Shown one piece after another: positions 43,932-58,299 of a stretch of DNA of 64,000 nt; the first letter of the stretch is position 1; the number at the start of each line of letters is the position of its first letter. The notes under the pieces are model-generated. The model saw only the letters and a list, made by a program, of their open reading frames with translations, searched no databases and was not told where the DNA came from. This DNA comes from the human T2T-CHM13v2.0 reference genome, Homo sapiens. A program made the position numbers and the translations under genes. The stretch lies in the NCBI RefSeq assembly GCF_009914755.1, contig NC_060932.1. One strand, written 5' to 3'.

Positions 43932-46900
43932 CCCTCTTTGGTGACAGTATAATCTTGTAATTAAAAAACCTAAAGACTCCAAAGAACTCTGAGATCTCAT
44001 AAATAAATTTATTAAAGTTGCATGGTACAAAATTGATGTATGAAAAATCGATAGGATTCCCATTCAACAATAATGAACTAGCTGAGAAAAAAATCAGGAA
44101 TGTAATCCAATTTACAATAGCAGCAAAAACCCTAAAATACCTAGGGATTACTGGGAACTGCCTAGGAATCTAGGAAGTGAAAGATCTCTGCAAGGAAAAC
44201 TAGAAAATACTTATGAAAGAAATTAAAAAGGACACAAACAAATGGAAAAAAATTCTGTGTTTATAGATTAGAATAATTAATATTGTTAAAATGCCAAAGC
44301 AATCTAAAGATTCAATGCAATCCCTATCAAAATACCGATGCCATTTTTCACAAAAATAGAATAAACAATTCTAAAATTTTTATGAAACCAAAAAATAGCC
44401 AAAGCAATCCTAAGCAAAAAAACAAACCTGGAAACATCACACTACCTGACTTTATATTACAAGGCTTTAGTAACCAAAATAGCATGATACTTGTATAAAA
44501 CCAGGCACATAGACCAATGGAACAGAATAGAGAGCTCAGAAATAAATCCATGTATTTACAAGCAACTGATTTTTTACAAAGGTGCCATTAACATACCTTG
44601 GGAAAAGGACACCCTTTTCAATAAATGGTAAGTGGCAAATTTGATATTCATATGCAGAAGAATATAACTGGGCTCCTATCTCTCACCAAATGTAAAAAAA
44701 AATCAATACAAAATGGATTAAAAATGTAAACATACAACCTGAAGCTATGAAACTGCTAAAGAAAAATAGGGGAAACACTTCAGGATATTGGTCTAGGCAA
44801 GGATTTTACAGCTAAAACCTACAAAGCATAGCCAATAAGAACAAAAATAGGCAAATGGGACTATATTAAACTAAAAGACTTCTGCACAGCAAAGGAAACG
44901 ATCAACAGAGTGAGGAGACAAGCTGTTGAATGGGAGAAAATATTTGCAAAGTATTCATCTTACAGTGGACTAATATCCAGAATACACAAGAAACACAAAT
45001 GACTCAACAGTAAAAAACCACAAATAATCCCATTAAAAACTGGGTAAAAATATGAATAGACATTTCTCAAAAGAAGGCATACAAATGGCCAAACAGTATG
45101 TGAAAAACGGTCAACATTGCTAATCATCAGAAGAATGTAAATCAGATCACCATAAGATATTTTTTTTATCCCAGTTAGAATGACTATTGTTAAAAACAAT
45201 CAAAAAGAGATGCTGGTGAGAACTGAAGAGAAAAGAGGACTCTTACACGCTGTTAGTGGGAATATAAATTAGTACAGCCACTATGAAAAAAGTATGAATA
45301 TTTCTCAAAAAAATAAAACTAGAACTACTATATGATCCAGCAATCCCACTACTACATATTTATCCCAAAGAAAGGAAATCAGTATATCAAAGGGATATCT
45401 ACATCCTTATGTTTATTGTAGCACTGTTGACAATAGCAGAAATATGGAATCAATCTAAACTTCCATCAACAGATGAATAAATAAAATGTGGTATATACAC
45501 ATAAGGGAATACTATAGTATTTGGCCATAAAAATGGTTGAAGTCATGTCATTTGCAGAAACATGGGTTGAACTAGAGGTCATTATGTTAAGTGGAATAAG
45601 CAAGGCACAGAAAGTCAAATATCGCAGTTCTTACTCATATGGGGGAGCTAAAAATGTTTATCTCATGGAGGTAGAGAGTGGAATGATAGATACTAGAAGT
45701 TGGGAAGGGTGGGAAGGGTGTATGGGTGGCAGGGGAGGTATGAAGAGAGATTGGTGAGTGCACACAAATACCTAGTTAGATAGAAGGAATAAGTTTTAAT
45801 GTTTGATAATAGAGTGACTATGGTTAACAACAATATGTTTTATATTACAAAATAGCTAGAAGAGAGGACTGAAAATGTTCCCAGCACATAGAAATGATAC
45901 GTACTTGAGGTGATGTATATCTTAAATACCCTGACTTGATTATTACACATTCTATGCATGTAACAAAATATCACAGGAACCCCATAAATATGTACAAATA
46001 TTATGTGTCAACAAATAATTGATCTGGTAGCTTTATAGAAGGGAATTCAAAAAGAGAAACAGTGAGAGATGCCAATTAAGATGGTGGTATAGTAATTACC
46101 ATGTAAAAAGGGAAATACATTGAATTCCTAGGGGTTTGAGAAAGAAAGAGCATGGAGCCAACATGCCCATTGCTTGAAAGAAGAGGTGAATCTGAGGGTT
46201 CATCAGTAGAAGATTCCAAGTGAGTTCCCCAACAACTAACAAAAAGATAAAATCATTTTCCTTGACTGTCTTGTTGTGATACGTGAGTCTATCACCTGGC
46301 CCTGAATTCCTAGAGAATATGATTTGACTGATACTATCACTCCTTTGTATGTCTAGTAAAGTGATGCCTATGGAATTGCATTATAAACCTTTGCAAAGTA
46401 CCTAATGTTAGTTCAATATAAATGTTTGAATTTTGTAACAACATACATCTACACTCTTAAAACGTGACAGTAAATATAGTGGGGTTCAAAAATGAAGTAT
46501 GATTCTTATCTTTAATAAATTTAAAACCTAATTTTATTTATTATTCACTGACTTGGTCAAATGCATTCCCACAATTAAAAATATGGTATTGTATACAACT
46601 AAAAAAATAAAAACTAAAAATTTGGTCTTGGGAAATAATACCTAAATATTGAAAATGGGTTTAAAAAAATGACTTTAAGTGAATGTACTGATTTTAAATT
46701 GTTTATATGTATATTTCAATTATATTGATGTAATGAATTAATGATGTATTAACATGTAATTGTACATACTTCTATTATGATTGAAATATAAATGGAGCCC
46801 CATTTTCTTATTTAATGGTGTTGTATTAACAGCTACTTGTATATGTTTCAATTATAATGATTGAAATATAAATGGAGCTCCATTTTCTTATTTCTTAGAC

Positions 46901-46966
46901 TGAACCATAACTACTTTCGTCTACAGGCAAAAGTCCTTGGTCTTGAAGAAAAATGTGGCAGATGTT

Positions 46967-46985
46967 GCATGCCCTCTAGTGGCCA
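46967..46985 (-). promoter_or_regulatory. Candidate CTCF binding site
   Basis: Minus strand TGGCCACTAGAGGGCATGC matches the CTCF core CCACYAGRKGGC, in non-repetitive AT-rich DNA. Confidence 0.6.
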
Positions 46986-47367
46986 CATGGTATATCTTTA
47001 CATCTTTCTATAAATTTCAGCAGTTTTGTCCAGGATGCGTTTTATGACGGGCATATTAATTTAACTACCATTACTTCTTAAATACTTTATTAATTCTTAC
47101 TTTATCTGAACTACAGTAGTTCAAAAGTAAATTTCAACCTCTTAGTATACAGAAAAATATATCCTGTATGGTTTTTAGAGAATATTTAGTTTCAAACCAC
47201 AAACAATTTTGTAAAACTAATATGTAAGAGTCATATCCAAAAAACTCAAAAAAGAAAACATGCAAGTTGAATTATGCCCCAAATATTTATACAGTCTCAT
47301 ATTACCCACTATGCTGTGCTAATATAGACCTAAAAGAGGACAGAGAACATCTGGCTTACTAAGCTGC

Positions 47368-47786
47368 TATATTAGACAAGCCTTTCAGAAAAACAGAACC
47401 AGTAGAATACATATATAAATATAGATAGATTGATGACATATAAAGAGAGAGAGAGATTTATTTTAAGAAATTGGCTCACACAATTGTGGGGACTTGTGAA
47501 TCTGAAGTCTACAGGGCAGGCCAGATAGCCAGGAACTTAGGGAAGATTTCTATGACAAAACCTTAAGTCAGAATTCCTTCTTGGGAAAACCTCATTCTTT
47601 GCTCTTAAGGTCTTTGATTGAATGAGACCCATCCCATCATGAAAGATAATCTGCTTTACCTAAAGTCTACTGATTTTAAATGTGAATTGCATCCCCATAT
47701 ATCTTCACAGCAACATCGAAATTACTGTTTTGCCAAACAACTAGGCACCACAGCCTAGTCAAGTTGACACAAAATAAATTATTGTA
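47368..47786 (-). mobile_element. MLT2D-like ERVL solo LTR
   Basis: cagaaaaacagaaccagtag..gagatttattttaagaaattggctcacacaattgtgggg..cctagtcaagttgacac. Confidence 0.85.
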
Positions 47787-47809
47787 ATTGCCAATATAAG
47801 TTTTAAGTG

Positions 47810-47990
47810 TTTTAAATATGCTAATTCATTCTTTTTTGTCCTCACCACAACTCAATAAGGCAGGTGTTCTTATTGACCCATTCAAAGGAAACTGAGGCAC
47901 ATACTTGTAAAATGACTTGTTCAAGTAACAAGTGTCATAGCTAGTATGTTGGGGAGTTGAAATTGAACCAGAGTTCCTGTCTCAACTGCT
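47810..47990 (-). mobile_element. MIR
   Basis: aggaaactgaggcac..tgacttgttcaag..gctagta. Confidence 0.6.
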
Positions 47991-50900
47991 AACTATTGAT
48001 ATCTCAATAAATTGATAATTCATTTTTAATAAAATATTTCAGACATACACAAAAAGATAATAGAGTATAATGAGCAGCCTTTTTGTCAAATTTTACCATT
48101 TGATGTCATTTGCACATTCTTTTTCTGAATTTTTCAAAATGAAAAAATCATATGAAATACATTTGAGGTCACATATGTAGTTCTCCTTAATTGTATAACT
48201 CACTCTCTACCTTCCAGAAGTAGTCAATATTTCAAATTTGGCTTTTATCAATTTCATAAATTTTTTTAAAAGTTTCTGACACAGATTTGTATCAATAAAA
48301 ATATTATATTATAAAAACAAGTTTCCCCAGAGGGCCAGTCTTAGCCACTCACCTTGAGGAAACAGTTTATGTAACCAAGTCTGAAAAAGTTCAACTAAGA
48401 TATAAGGTTTATTGAAGAGCAGATGGTGGGAAAGAAAGAGGCTAGCTTAGGAGAGGAACCACAGACCCTCTGAAGGAAGCAGATTGCTCTTATAGGACCT
48501 AGGAGACATCCCAAATACTGTGAGTGCCCAAACTGCCAAAGTGGGAAAAGGGGATTGTCTGCCCCTGAACACATAGCCCCACTGGGGAAACTGAAGGTCT
48601 AGATTATGGGAGAAGATTCTGACCTTACCTGGAGCTGAGTCAATTTGGAAAGCCAAACGAAAAATAAAGGTAGAGGAAGCAGCGGGAAAGGCTCTGTGAG
48701 CTCGCTGGATCCCCAAGCAGGCCATTCCTGCCTGGCCTCACAGGTATCCTTCTGGAGGGGTGGCCAGAGGCACTGGGAAAAAGGCCACAGGGAGAAGGAA
48801 ATCCTCAGCTAAACTTTGTAACAATTTGAACTGATCAAGAAGCCTCCTGGCCAGAACTTGGGGGAGGGTGTGAATCCGGTGTGCAGACTAGGGGAAGAAG
48901 GAAAGCTATATTTGCTTTCACAGCTGGGAGGTGGGTAGCCTGGGGTAAGTTCTCAGCCGTGCATGCCCACTGCCTGGAAACAGACTTGGTGCTGTTGGAG
49001 GGAGGCACGGTGGGAGTGAGTCCGGCCCTTTGGACTGTGTGGGAGCAGGGTGAGGCCTGTGACTGCCGGCTTTCCCACACTTCCCTGACAACCTGAATGA
49101 AACAGCAGAGACAGCCACAATCCTCCTAGGATCATAATTCCATTGATCTGGGAACCTCATCCTCATTCCCCACAGCAGCTGCAGCAAGACCCACCCAAGG
49201 AGAGTCTGAGCTCAGATACGCCTAGTCCTGCCCCCACCCAGTGGTCCTTCACTACCCACCCTGGTAACTGAAGACAAAGGGCATATACTCTTGGGAGTTC
49301 TAGGGCCCCACCTACAGCCTGTTCCTCTCCATACTACCACAGCTGATGCTCTCTGGAAAGCACCACCTGCTGGCAGGAGGTCAACCAGTGCAAAAATACT
49401 GCATTAAGCCACCAAAGTTAAGACTCTCACAGAGTCCATTTCACCCCCCTGCCACCTCCACTGGAACAGGTGCTGGTATCTATGGCTGAGAGAACCACAG
49501 ATGGTTGCCATCACAAGACTCTGTGCAGACAACCTCCAGTAGCAGCCCAGAGCCTGGTAGACTTGTTGGGTGGCTAGATCCAGAAGAGAGATAATAATCA
49601 CTACAGCTCAGTTCTCAAGAAGCCACTGCTATAGAAAAAGTGTGGGAGGACTACATCAAGGAAACACCCCATAGGACAAAAGAATCTGAACAACAGCCTT
49701 CAGCCCTAGACCTTCCCTCTGACAGAGCCTACCCAAATGAGATGGAATCAGAAAACCAACTCTGATAATATGACAAAACAAGGCTCTTTAATACCTCCCA
49801 AAAATCACACTAGCTCACCAGCAATGGATCCAAACCAAGAAGAAATCCCTGATTTTCCTGAAAAAGAATTCAGAAGGTTAGTTATTAAGCTAATCAGGGA
49901 GGCACCAGAGAAAGGTGAAGCATAATGTAAGGAAATCAAGAAAATGATACAAAAAGTGAAGGGAGAAATATTCAATGAAATAGCATAGACAAAAAACAAT
50001 CAAAACTTCAGAAAACAATGAACACACTTATAGAAATGCAAAATGCTCTGGAAAGTCTCAGCAATAGAATTGAACAAGTAGAAGAAAGAAATTCAGAGCT
50101 CGAAGACAAGGTCTTTGAATTAACCAAATCCAACAAAGACAAAGAAAAAAGTGTAAGAAAATACTAACAAAGCATCCAAGAAGTCTGAGATTATGTTAAA
50201 CAACCAAACCTAGGAATAATAGGCATTCCTGAGGATAAAGAAAAATCTATACATTTGGAAAACATATTTAGGGGAGTAATCAAGGAAAACTACCCTGGCC
50301 TGGATAGAGACCTAGACATCCAAATACAAGAAGCACAAAGAACACCTTGGAAATTCATAACAAAAAGATCATAGCCTGGGCACATTGTCATCAAGTTATC
50401 TAAAGTTAAGAAGAAGGAAAAAAAACTTACGAGTTGTGAGGAAAAAGCACCAGGTAACTTATAAAGGGAAACCTATCAGATTAACAGCAGATTTCTCAGC
50501 ACAGACCTTACAAGCTAGAAGGGATTATGGCCCTATCTTCAGCCTCCTCAAACAAAACAATTATCAGCCAGGAATTTTGTATCCAGCAAAACTATGCTTC
50601 ATATATGAAGGGACAATACAGTCTTTTTCAGACAAACAGATGCTGAGACAATTCGCCACTACCAAGCCACCACTAAAAGAACTGCTAAAAGGAGGCCTAA
50701 TCTTTAAACAAATCCTGGAAACACATCGAAACAGAATCTCTTTAAAGCATAAATCTCACAGGACCTACAAAAAAATACAATTTAAAAAATAAAACCATAA
50801 AACAAAAAATCAAGTTACACAGGCAACATGGAAGGGTACCTCACATCTCAATACTAACATTGAATGTAAATGGCCTAAATTCTCCACTTTAAAGATACAG

Positions 50901-52926
50901 GACTACAGAATGGATAAGAATTCACCAACGAACTATCTGCTACTTTCAAGAGACTCACCTAACACATAAGGACTCACACAAACTTAAGGTAAAGGGGTGG
51001 AAAAAGATATTTCATGCAAATAGACACCAAAAATGGGCAGGGGTAGCTGTTCTTATATGAGACAAAACAAACTTTAAAGCAACAGCAGTTAAAAAAGACA
51101 AAGAGGGACATTAGATAATGGTAAAGGCCTTGTCCAACAGGAAAATATCACAATCCTAAACATATATGCACCTAACACTGGAGCTCCCAAATTTATGAAA
51201 CAAGTATTAATAAACCTAAGAAATGAGATAGACAGCATCAAAATAATAGTGGGGGACTTTAATACTCCACTAACATCACTAGACAGCTTATCAAGACAGA
51301 AAGTCAACAAAGAAACAATGGATTTAAATTATACCTTGGAACAAAGGGACTGAAGAGATATCTACAGAACATTCCATCAAAAAACTGCACGATATACATT
51401 ATATTCAAAAGTACCTGGAACTTTCTCCAAGATAGGCCATATGATAGGCCACAAAACAAGCCTCAATGAATTTAAGAAAATTGAAATTGTATCAAGCACT
51501 CTCTCCAACCACAGTGGAATCAAACAGGAAATCAGCTCCAAAAGGAATCTTCAAAACCCTGCAAATACATGGAAATTAAATAACCTGATCCTGAATGATC
51601 ACTGGGTCAAGGAACTAGAGAAACAAAAACAAACCAAACCCAAATCCTGCAGAAGAAAAATAATAACCAAGATCAGAGCAGAACTAAATGAAATTAAAAC
51701 AAAAAGATAAAAACAATACAAAAGGTAAGTGAAACAAAAACTGACTCTTTGAAAAGATAAACAAAACCGATAGACCATTAGCAAAGTTAACCAAGAAAAG
51801 AAGAGAGAAAATCGAAATAAGCTCAATAAGAAATGTAATGAAAGATATTACCACTGACACTACAGAAATACAAGAGACCATTCAAGGCTACTATGAACAC
51901 CATTACGTGGATAAATCAGAAAACCTAGAAGAGATTAATAAATTCCTGGAAATATACAATCCTCCTGGCTTAAATCATGAAGAATTGGATACCCCGAACA
52001 GGCCAATAACAAGCAGAGAGATTGAAATGGTAACTAAAAAATTACCAAAAACAAAAAAAATCCAGGACCAGATGGATTCACAGCAGAATTCTACCAGACA
52101 TGCAAAGAATTGGTACTGACACTATTGACAATATTCCACAAGATAAAGAAAGAGGGAAGCCTCCCTAAATCATTCTATGAAGCCAGTATCACCCTAATAT
52201 CAAAACCAAGAAAGGACAAAACTAAAAAAGAAAACTACAGACCAATATCCCTGATGAAAATAGATGCTAAAATCCTTAACAAAATACTAGCTAACCAAAT
52301 CCAACAACATATCAAAAAGATAATCCACCATGATCAAGTGGGTTTCATACCAGGGATGCAGGGATGGTTTAACATATGCAAGTCAATAAATGTGATACAC
52401 CACATAAGCAGAATTAAAAACAAAAATCACATGATATCTCAATAGATGCAGAAAATACATTTGACAAAAATCCAGCATCCCTTTATGATTTAAACTCTCA
52501 GCAAAATCAGCATACAAGGGACATACCTCAATGTAATAAAAGCCATCTATGACAAACCCACAGCTGACAAAATACTGGGTGGGGAAAGGTTGAAAGCTTT
52601 CCCTCTGACAACTGGAACAAGACAAGGATGCCCACTCTCACCAACATAGTACTGAAAGTCCTAGCCAGAGCAATGAAACAAGAGAAAGAAATAAAAGGCA
52701 TTCAAATTGGTAAAGAGGGAGTCAAACTGTCGCTGTCTACTGATAATATGATTGTCTACCTTGTAAACCCTAAAATCTTTTCCAAAAAGCTCCTAAAACT
52801 GATAAAAGAATTCAGCAAAGTTTCCGGATACAAAATTAATGTACACCAATCAGTAGGTTTTCTATACACCAACAGCAACCAAGCACAGAATCAAATCAAG
52901 AACTCAACCCCTTTTACAATAGCTAG

Positions 52927-53285
52927 TATGATGGTTAATACTGAGTGTCAACTTGATTGGATTGAAGGACACAAAGTATTGATCCTGGATGTGTCTATGA
53001 GGGTGTTGCCAAAGGAGATTAACATTTGATTCAGTGGGCTGGGAAAGGCAGACCCACCCTTAATCTGGGTGGGCAGGAATATAAGCAGAAAGAAAAATGT
53101 GAGTAGAGAGACTGGCCTAGCCTCCCAGCCTATACCTTTTCCCCATGCTGGATGTTTCCTGACCTCAAACAACAGACTCCAAGTTCTTCAGTTTTGGGAC
53201 TTGGACTGGTTCTCCTTACTCCTTAGCTTGCAGACAGCCTATTGTGGGACCTTGTGATCCTGTGAGTTAATACTGATTAAACTCC

Positions 53286-53335
<50 letters not shown>

Positions 53336-53431
53336 AGCATGTGTATATATTAAACTCACACATATATATGTGTGTGTATATATATATGTGTGTGTATATA
53401 TATTAAACTCCCATATATATGTGTGTGTGTG

Positions 53432-53466
<35 letters not shown>

Positions 53467-53504
53467 ATCCTGTTCTGTCCCTCTAGAGAACCCTGATTAA
53501 TACA
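52927..53504 (+). mobile_element. MLT2A2-type (HERV-L) solo LTR with a TG/TA microsatellite
   Basis: atggttaatactgagtgtcaacttgattggattgaagga..gggctgggaaaggcagacccacccttaatctgggtgg..ctctagagaaccctgattaataca; imperfect TSD gctag/gctgc. Confidence 0.92.
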
Positions 53505-53532
53505 GCTGCAAAAATAAATAAATAAATAAACA

Positions 53533-53824
<292 letters not shown>

Positions 53825-55339
53825 TTAGGAATATACCTAACCAAGAAAGTGAAAGATCTCTACAAGGAAAACTGCAAAACACTGCTGAAAGAAATCATAG
53901 ATGACACAAACAAATGGAAACACATCCCATGCTCATGGATGGGTAGAATCAACATTGTAAAAACGACCATACTGCCAAAAGCAATCTACAAATTCAATGC
54001 AACTCCCATCAAAATACCACCATCATTTTTCATAAAACTAAAAAACCAATTCTAAAATTCACATGGAACCAAAAAAAGAGCCCACATAGCCAAAGCAAGA
54101 CTAAGCAACAAGAGCAAATCTGGAGGCATCACTGATTACCTGATTTCAGACTATACTGTAGGGCCATAGTCACCAAAACAGCATGGTAATGGTATAAAAA
54201 TAGGCACATAGACCAATGGAAAGGAATAGAGAGCCCAGAAATAAACTCAAATACTTATAGCTTACTGATCTTTGACAAAGCAAACAAAAACCTAAAGTGG
54301 GGAATGGACACTCTTTCAACAACTGGTGCTGGGATAATTGGCTAGTCCAAGTAAGGAATAAAATTGGATCTTCGTCTCTCACCTTACACAAAAATCAACT
54401 TAGGGTGGATTAACTACTTAATCTGAAATTATAAAAATTCTAGAAGATAACATTGTAAAACCTTTCCAGGCAAGGATTTCATGACCAAGAACCCAAAAGC
54501 AAATGCAATAAAAACAAAGATACATAGCTGGGACTTAATTAAACTAAAGAGCTTTTGCACGGCAGAAGGAACAGTCAGCAGAGTAAACAGACAACCCACA
54601 GAGTGGGAGAAATTCTTCACAATCTATAAGTCAAACAAAGGACAAATATCCAGAAGCTACAATGAACTCAAGCAGATCAGCAAGAAGAAAACAAACAATC
54701 CCATTAAAAAGTGGGCTAAGGACATGAGTAGACAATTTTCAAAAGAAGATATACAAATGGCCAACAAACATATGAAAAAAAATGCTCAACATCACTAATG
54801 ATCAGGGAAATGCAAATTAAAGCCACAATGCAATACCACCTTACTCTGACAAGAATGGCGATAATCAAAAAATCAAAAAAGAGTAGATGTTGGCATGGAT
54901 GCGGTGATCAGGGAACACTTCTACACTGCTGGTGGGAATGTAAACTAGTACAACCACTATGTAAAGCTGTGTGGAGATTCTTTAAAGAACTAAAAATAAA
55001 ACTACCATTTGATCCAGCAATTCCACTACTGGGTATCCACCCAGAGGAAAATAAGTCATTTTACAAAAACATACTTTCACACGCATGGTTATAGCAGCAC
55101 AATTCACAATTGTAAAAATGCGGAACCAACCCAAATGCCCATCAATCAATGAGTGGATAAAGAACTGTGATATATATCTGATGGAATATTAGTCTGCCAC
55201 AAAAAGGAATGAATTAATGGCATTCGAAGTCAGCAATATTGTGTCTCTCTGACCATCTTCATTTCTTATCTCTCTCTCTCTAAGCTACAGTTAGGAAACT
55301 TTCACACAAACGTGTGGACATCAGGAGAAAAGTCTGTGT

Positions 55340-57650
55340 GGCCCACTAGTAATTCCTCTTGTTAGTATACTCTGAGAAACTCTCATGCATGTGCACAGGA
55401 GACATACAGACATACGTATGCAGAGTATTAATTGCAGTATTATTTATAATACCAAAAACCTTGAAATAACCCAAATGCCTATTGGCTGAAGGATGGATTA
55501 ACAAATTGTGGTACAGTCAAACAATGGAATATTAAGCAGTAGTTAAAATAATGAACTATATCCTCATGTATCAACATAGATAAATGTTAGAATCATGGTT
55601 GCTAAGTCAACAAAATATAAGTTATACATCATATTGTACCAATTTTTGAAAGCTAAAAATGTGATGCCTGGCTAATTTTATTTTTATTTTTATTCTTTTG
55701 TAGAGAGAGGGGTCTTGTTGTGTTGCCCAGGCTGATCTTGAACTCCTGCCCTCAAGCAATCCTCCTACCTCAGCCTCCCAGAGTGTTAGGATTACAGGTG
55801 TAAGCATTTGCTCATATGCTGTTTGCCTTCTGTGTATCTTCTTTTGGTGTCTGTTAAGGTCTTTGGTTCATTTTTTTTAATTGGGTTATTTCCTCATTGC
55901 TAAGTTTTAAGAGTTCTTTCTACTTTTTAGATAATAGTCCTTTATCAGGTATGTCTTTTACAGATATTTTCTCCCAATCTGTGACATGTCTTCACATTAT
56001 CTTGGCAGTGTCTATCACAAAGCAGAAATTTTTAATATTAATGATGTTCAGTTTATCAATTACTTTTTCAATGATTACACCTTTTATTTTTTCATTTTTA
56101 AGTATTCTATGTCCTTATATTTTGAGAGTGTCTCTTATAATATCAAAGAGCTGAATTTTTGTGTAATTCAAACACCAACCTCTTTTTTAAAAGAGAAATA
56201 ATCTTTTTATAGTTGTTGCATTTTCTAATATATTTGAATTATTTCTATAATATATTCTTGCTTCTTTTCTCCCAGTCTGCTATTGGATTAACAAAGCTTT
56301 TTATTATTGTTCATCATGTTCTCTTATTAAGTTCTATTTCCCTTTCCTATTTATTTCTTTATGACCTCTTTTCCTTCTCAGGGCCACAGGATAGTGTACA
56401 GTTCAGCACGCAGACTTTGGAACCATATTACCTAAGCTTAAATCACAGCACTGCCAACTAATCCTCAATATGTGATCTTGGTTAATCATAAAAAGAGATA
56501 CCTTCCACATATATTTGCAGAGACAACTAATTATGTAAATAAGAAAATTAGCATAGAGATTGGCACTATATAAGTGTAACATATTATTTTCTTGTTCAAT
56601 TTGGAAGTTATTTACCCTATCTTTCAGTTTCTATTCTTTGAATTTGACATGCGTACATGACTAAGCAAAATCTAAAGTTAATCGCTATTTCTACTTTCCT
56701 CCCAAACAATGCATTAACATAAATTACTCTTTCTACGTCACTAGTTTTTTTGCCACGATTTCAGTTCCATAATTTTATTATTTTCCAAGTTACACATTAT
56801 TATTCTTGCAGTAAAGGCTGATTTAAATTTATCCATTTTGAGGAATCAGAATCTATTCCTATAATTTCTTCTTGCATATCATTTCCTCTGAATTAAATTT
56901 TCTTTTTCCCTAAAATATATCACATAGTATTGCTCTCTTAAAAGACCTTGTGTATAAACTATCTGAGTCCTAGTTTATCTGTAAAGGTCTTGATTTTGTC
57001 CTCAATATTATCAATAATTTAGAAATATATAGAATTCCCAATTGAAAATTATTTTATTTTATATATCATTTAAAAATCTATATAATATAATATATTTTAA
57101 TGTAGTGTCTTATTGCCTTCTTTGTTACTTTTTAGAGGTAATCTTTCTCCTTTCATTTTGGGTTTAAGATCTTTTTTTTCCTATTGTGCAATTTTCTTGT
57201 TATGTTTTCTATTGTGCAATTTTCTTGTTATGTTTAAAATGTCATATTATTTTTATTTATATTGTTTAAGTTAATTTTACTTATTGAATATTATAATATA
57301 TAGCTGTAAACTGTCATAGAAAGTTATTTCAAATATCCTTTTTGTATTACTGTCTCTATTGTAACTTTTATTAATTTTAAGAGCATATATTCCAAGTTTG
57401 TATCTTTCATGACTTTTAACTTCATTTTTCATTTTTCTTATGTTTCTACACTGATTTCTGAGTATTTTTCATATCTTTATTTTCCATTTCTCTATTTTTT
57501 CAGTAATTCCTAATCTGTAGTTTTTAATTACAAAGACTTCATCTATCACTCTACATATTGTATTTATTTTCAAATATGCTTGTGTTTTACTGTTCCTTTC
57601 TGCTGTTTTTATTCTTTGTTTTTTTTAATCATTGTCTAGTGATAGGGTTA
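55340..57650. mobile_element. Mixed old L1M fragments, an Alu left monomer (55665-55806, minus) and MIR (~56380-56580)
   Basis: aacccaaatgcct..caatggaatatt (plus L1); gttttaagagttcttt..agtcctttatcag (minus L1); tgttgcccaggctg..ggattacaggtgt (Alu). Confidence 0.6.
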
Positions 57651-58299
57651 ATTTGTGCTGCTCTGTGATAGTTCTATTTTTGTCTCCAGGGATACTCTGA
57701 TTCTGACCTTAAATCAAGATATAAAATAAATATATTAGCTAGTGATTTATAATATGTTGTTTAAAGTTCTACACTTGCCTGGAAGTATCTTGTACCAGTT
57801 TGTCTACTCTGTTTATTAAAAATGTATAGATTAATGGTTTGCATCCAGCTCACCTGGTTTCTCAGTCTCATTTTAATTCTATGACCAGTGGAATATAAAA
57901 GACCCATCCAGTAAACTTGAGCATTGGCTCTGTCAAATCATGATTTCTCACATATATCTTGGTGGTTCATGATCCACAGATGAAGCCTGTGCTATGTGAC
58001 TGAGAAAAGAGTCTAGAATTGTGCCTAGAAATCTCCATTCTGTCTGTTGTTTGTGCTTTCTAGCTCCTCCTGTATTATATTCTTTTTCTTTATTAAAGGC
58101 TGATATAAGTAAACCTTGTGGAGTCTCAGGAGTATTTTCAGTGGTCTGACCTTTTATAATTGCTGCAGTTGGTACTCTGAGCAGGATACTTGCAGTGGCC
58201 CTTGGCTTTAAAATTAAATAATGGTTAAAGTTCTACTTGAAAGAAAGGAAAATGAAGAAATAGGGTATGAAGGACCTTTGATTCCCAAGCTAGCATACA

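Larger units (their letters stand above)
40741..46018 (+). mobile_element. L1MA (MA3/4-like) ORF2 plus 3' UTR, interrupted by a microsatellite and THE1C
   Basis: RT motifs ([23 protein letters not shown]); 3' end ccctgacttgattattacacattctatgcatgtaacaaaatatcac. Confidence 0.9.
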
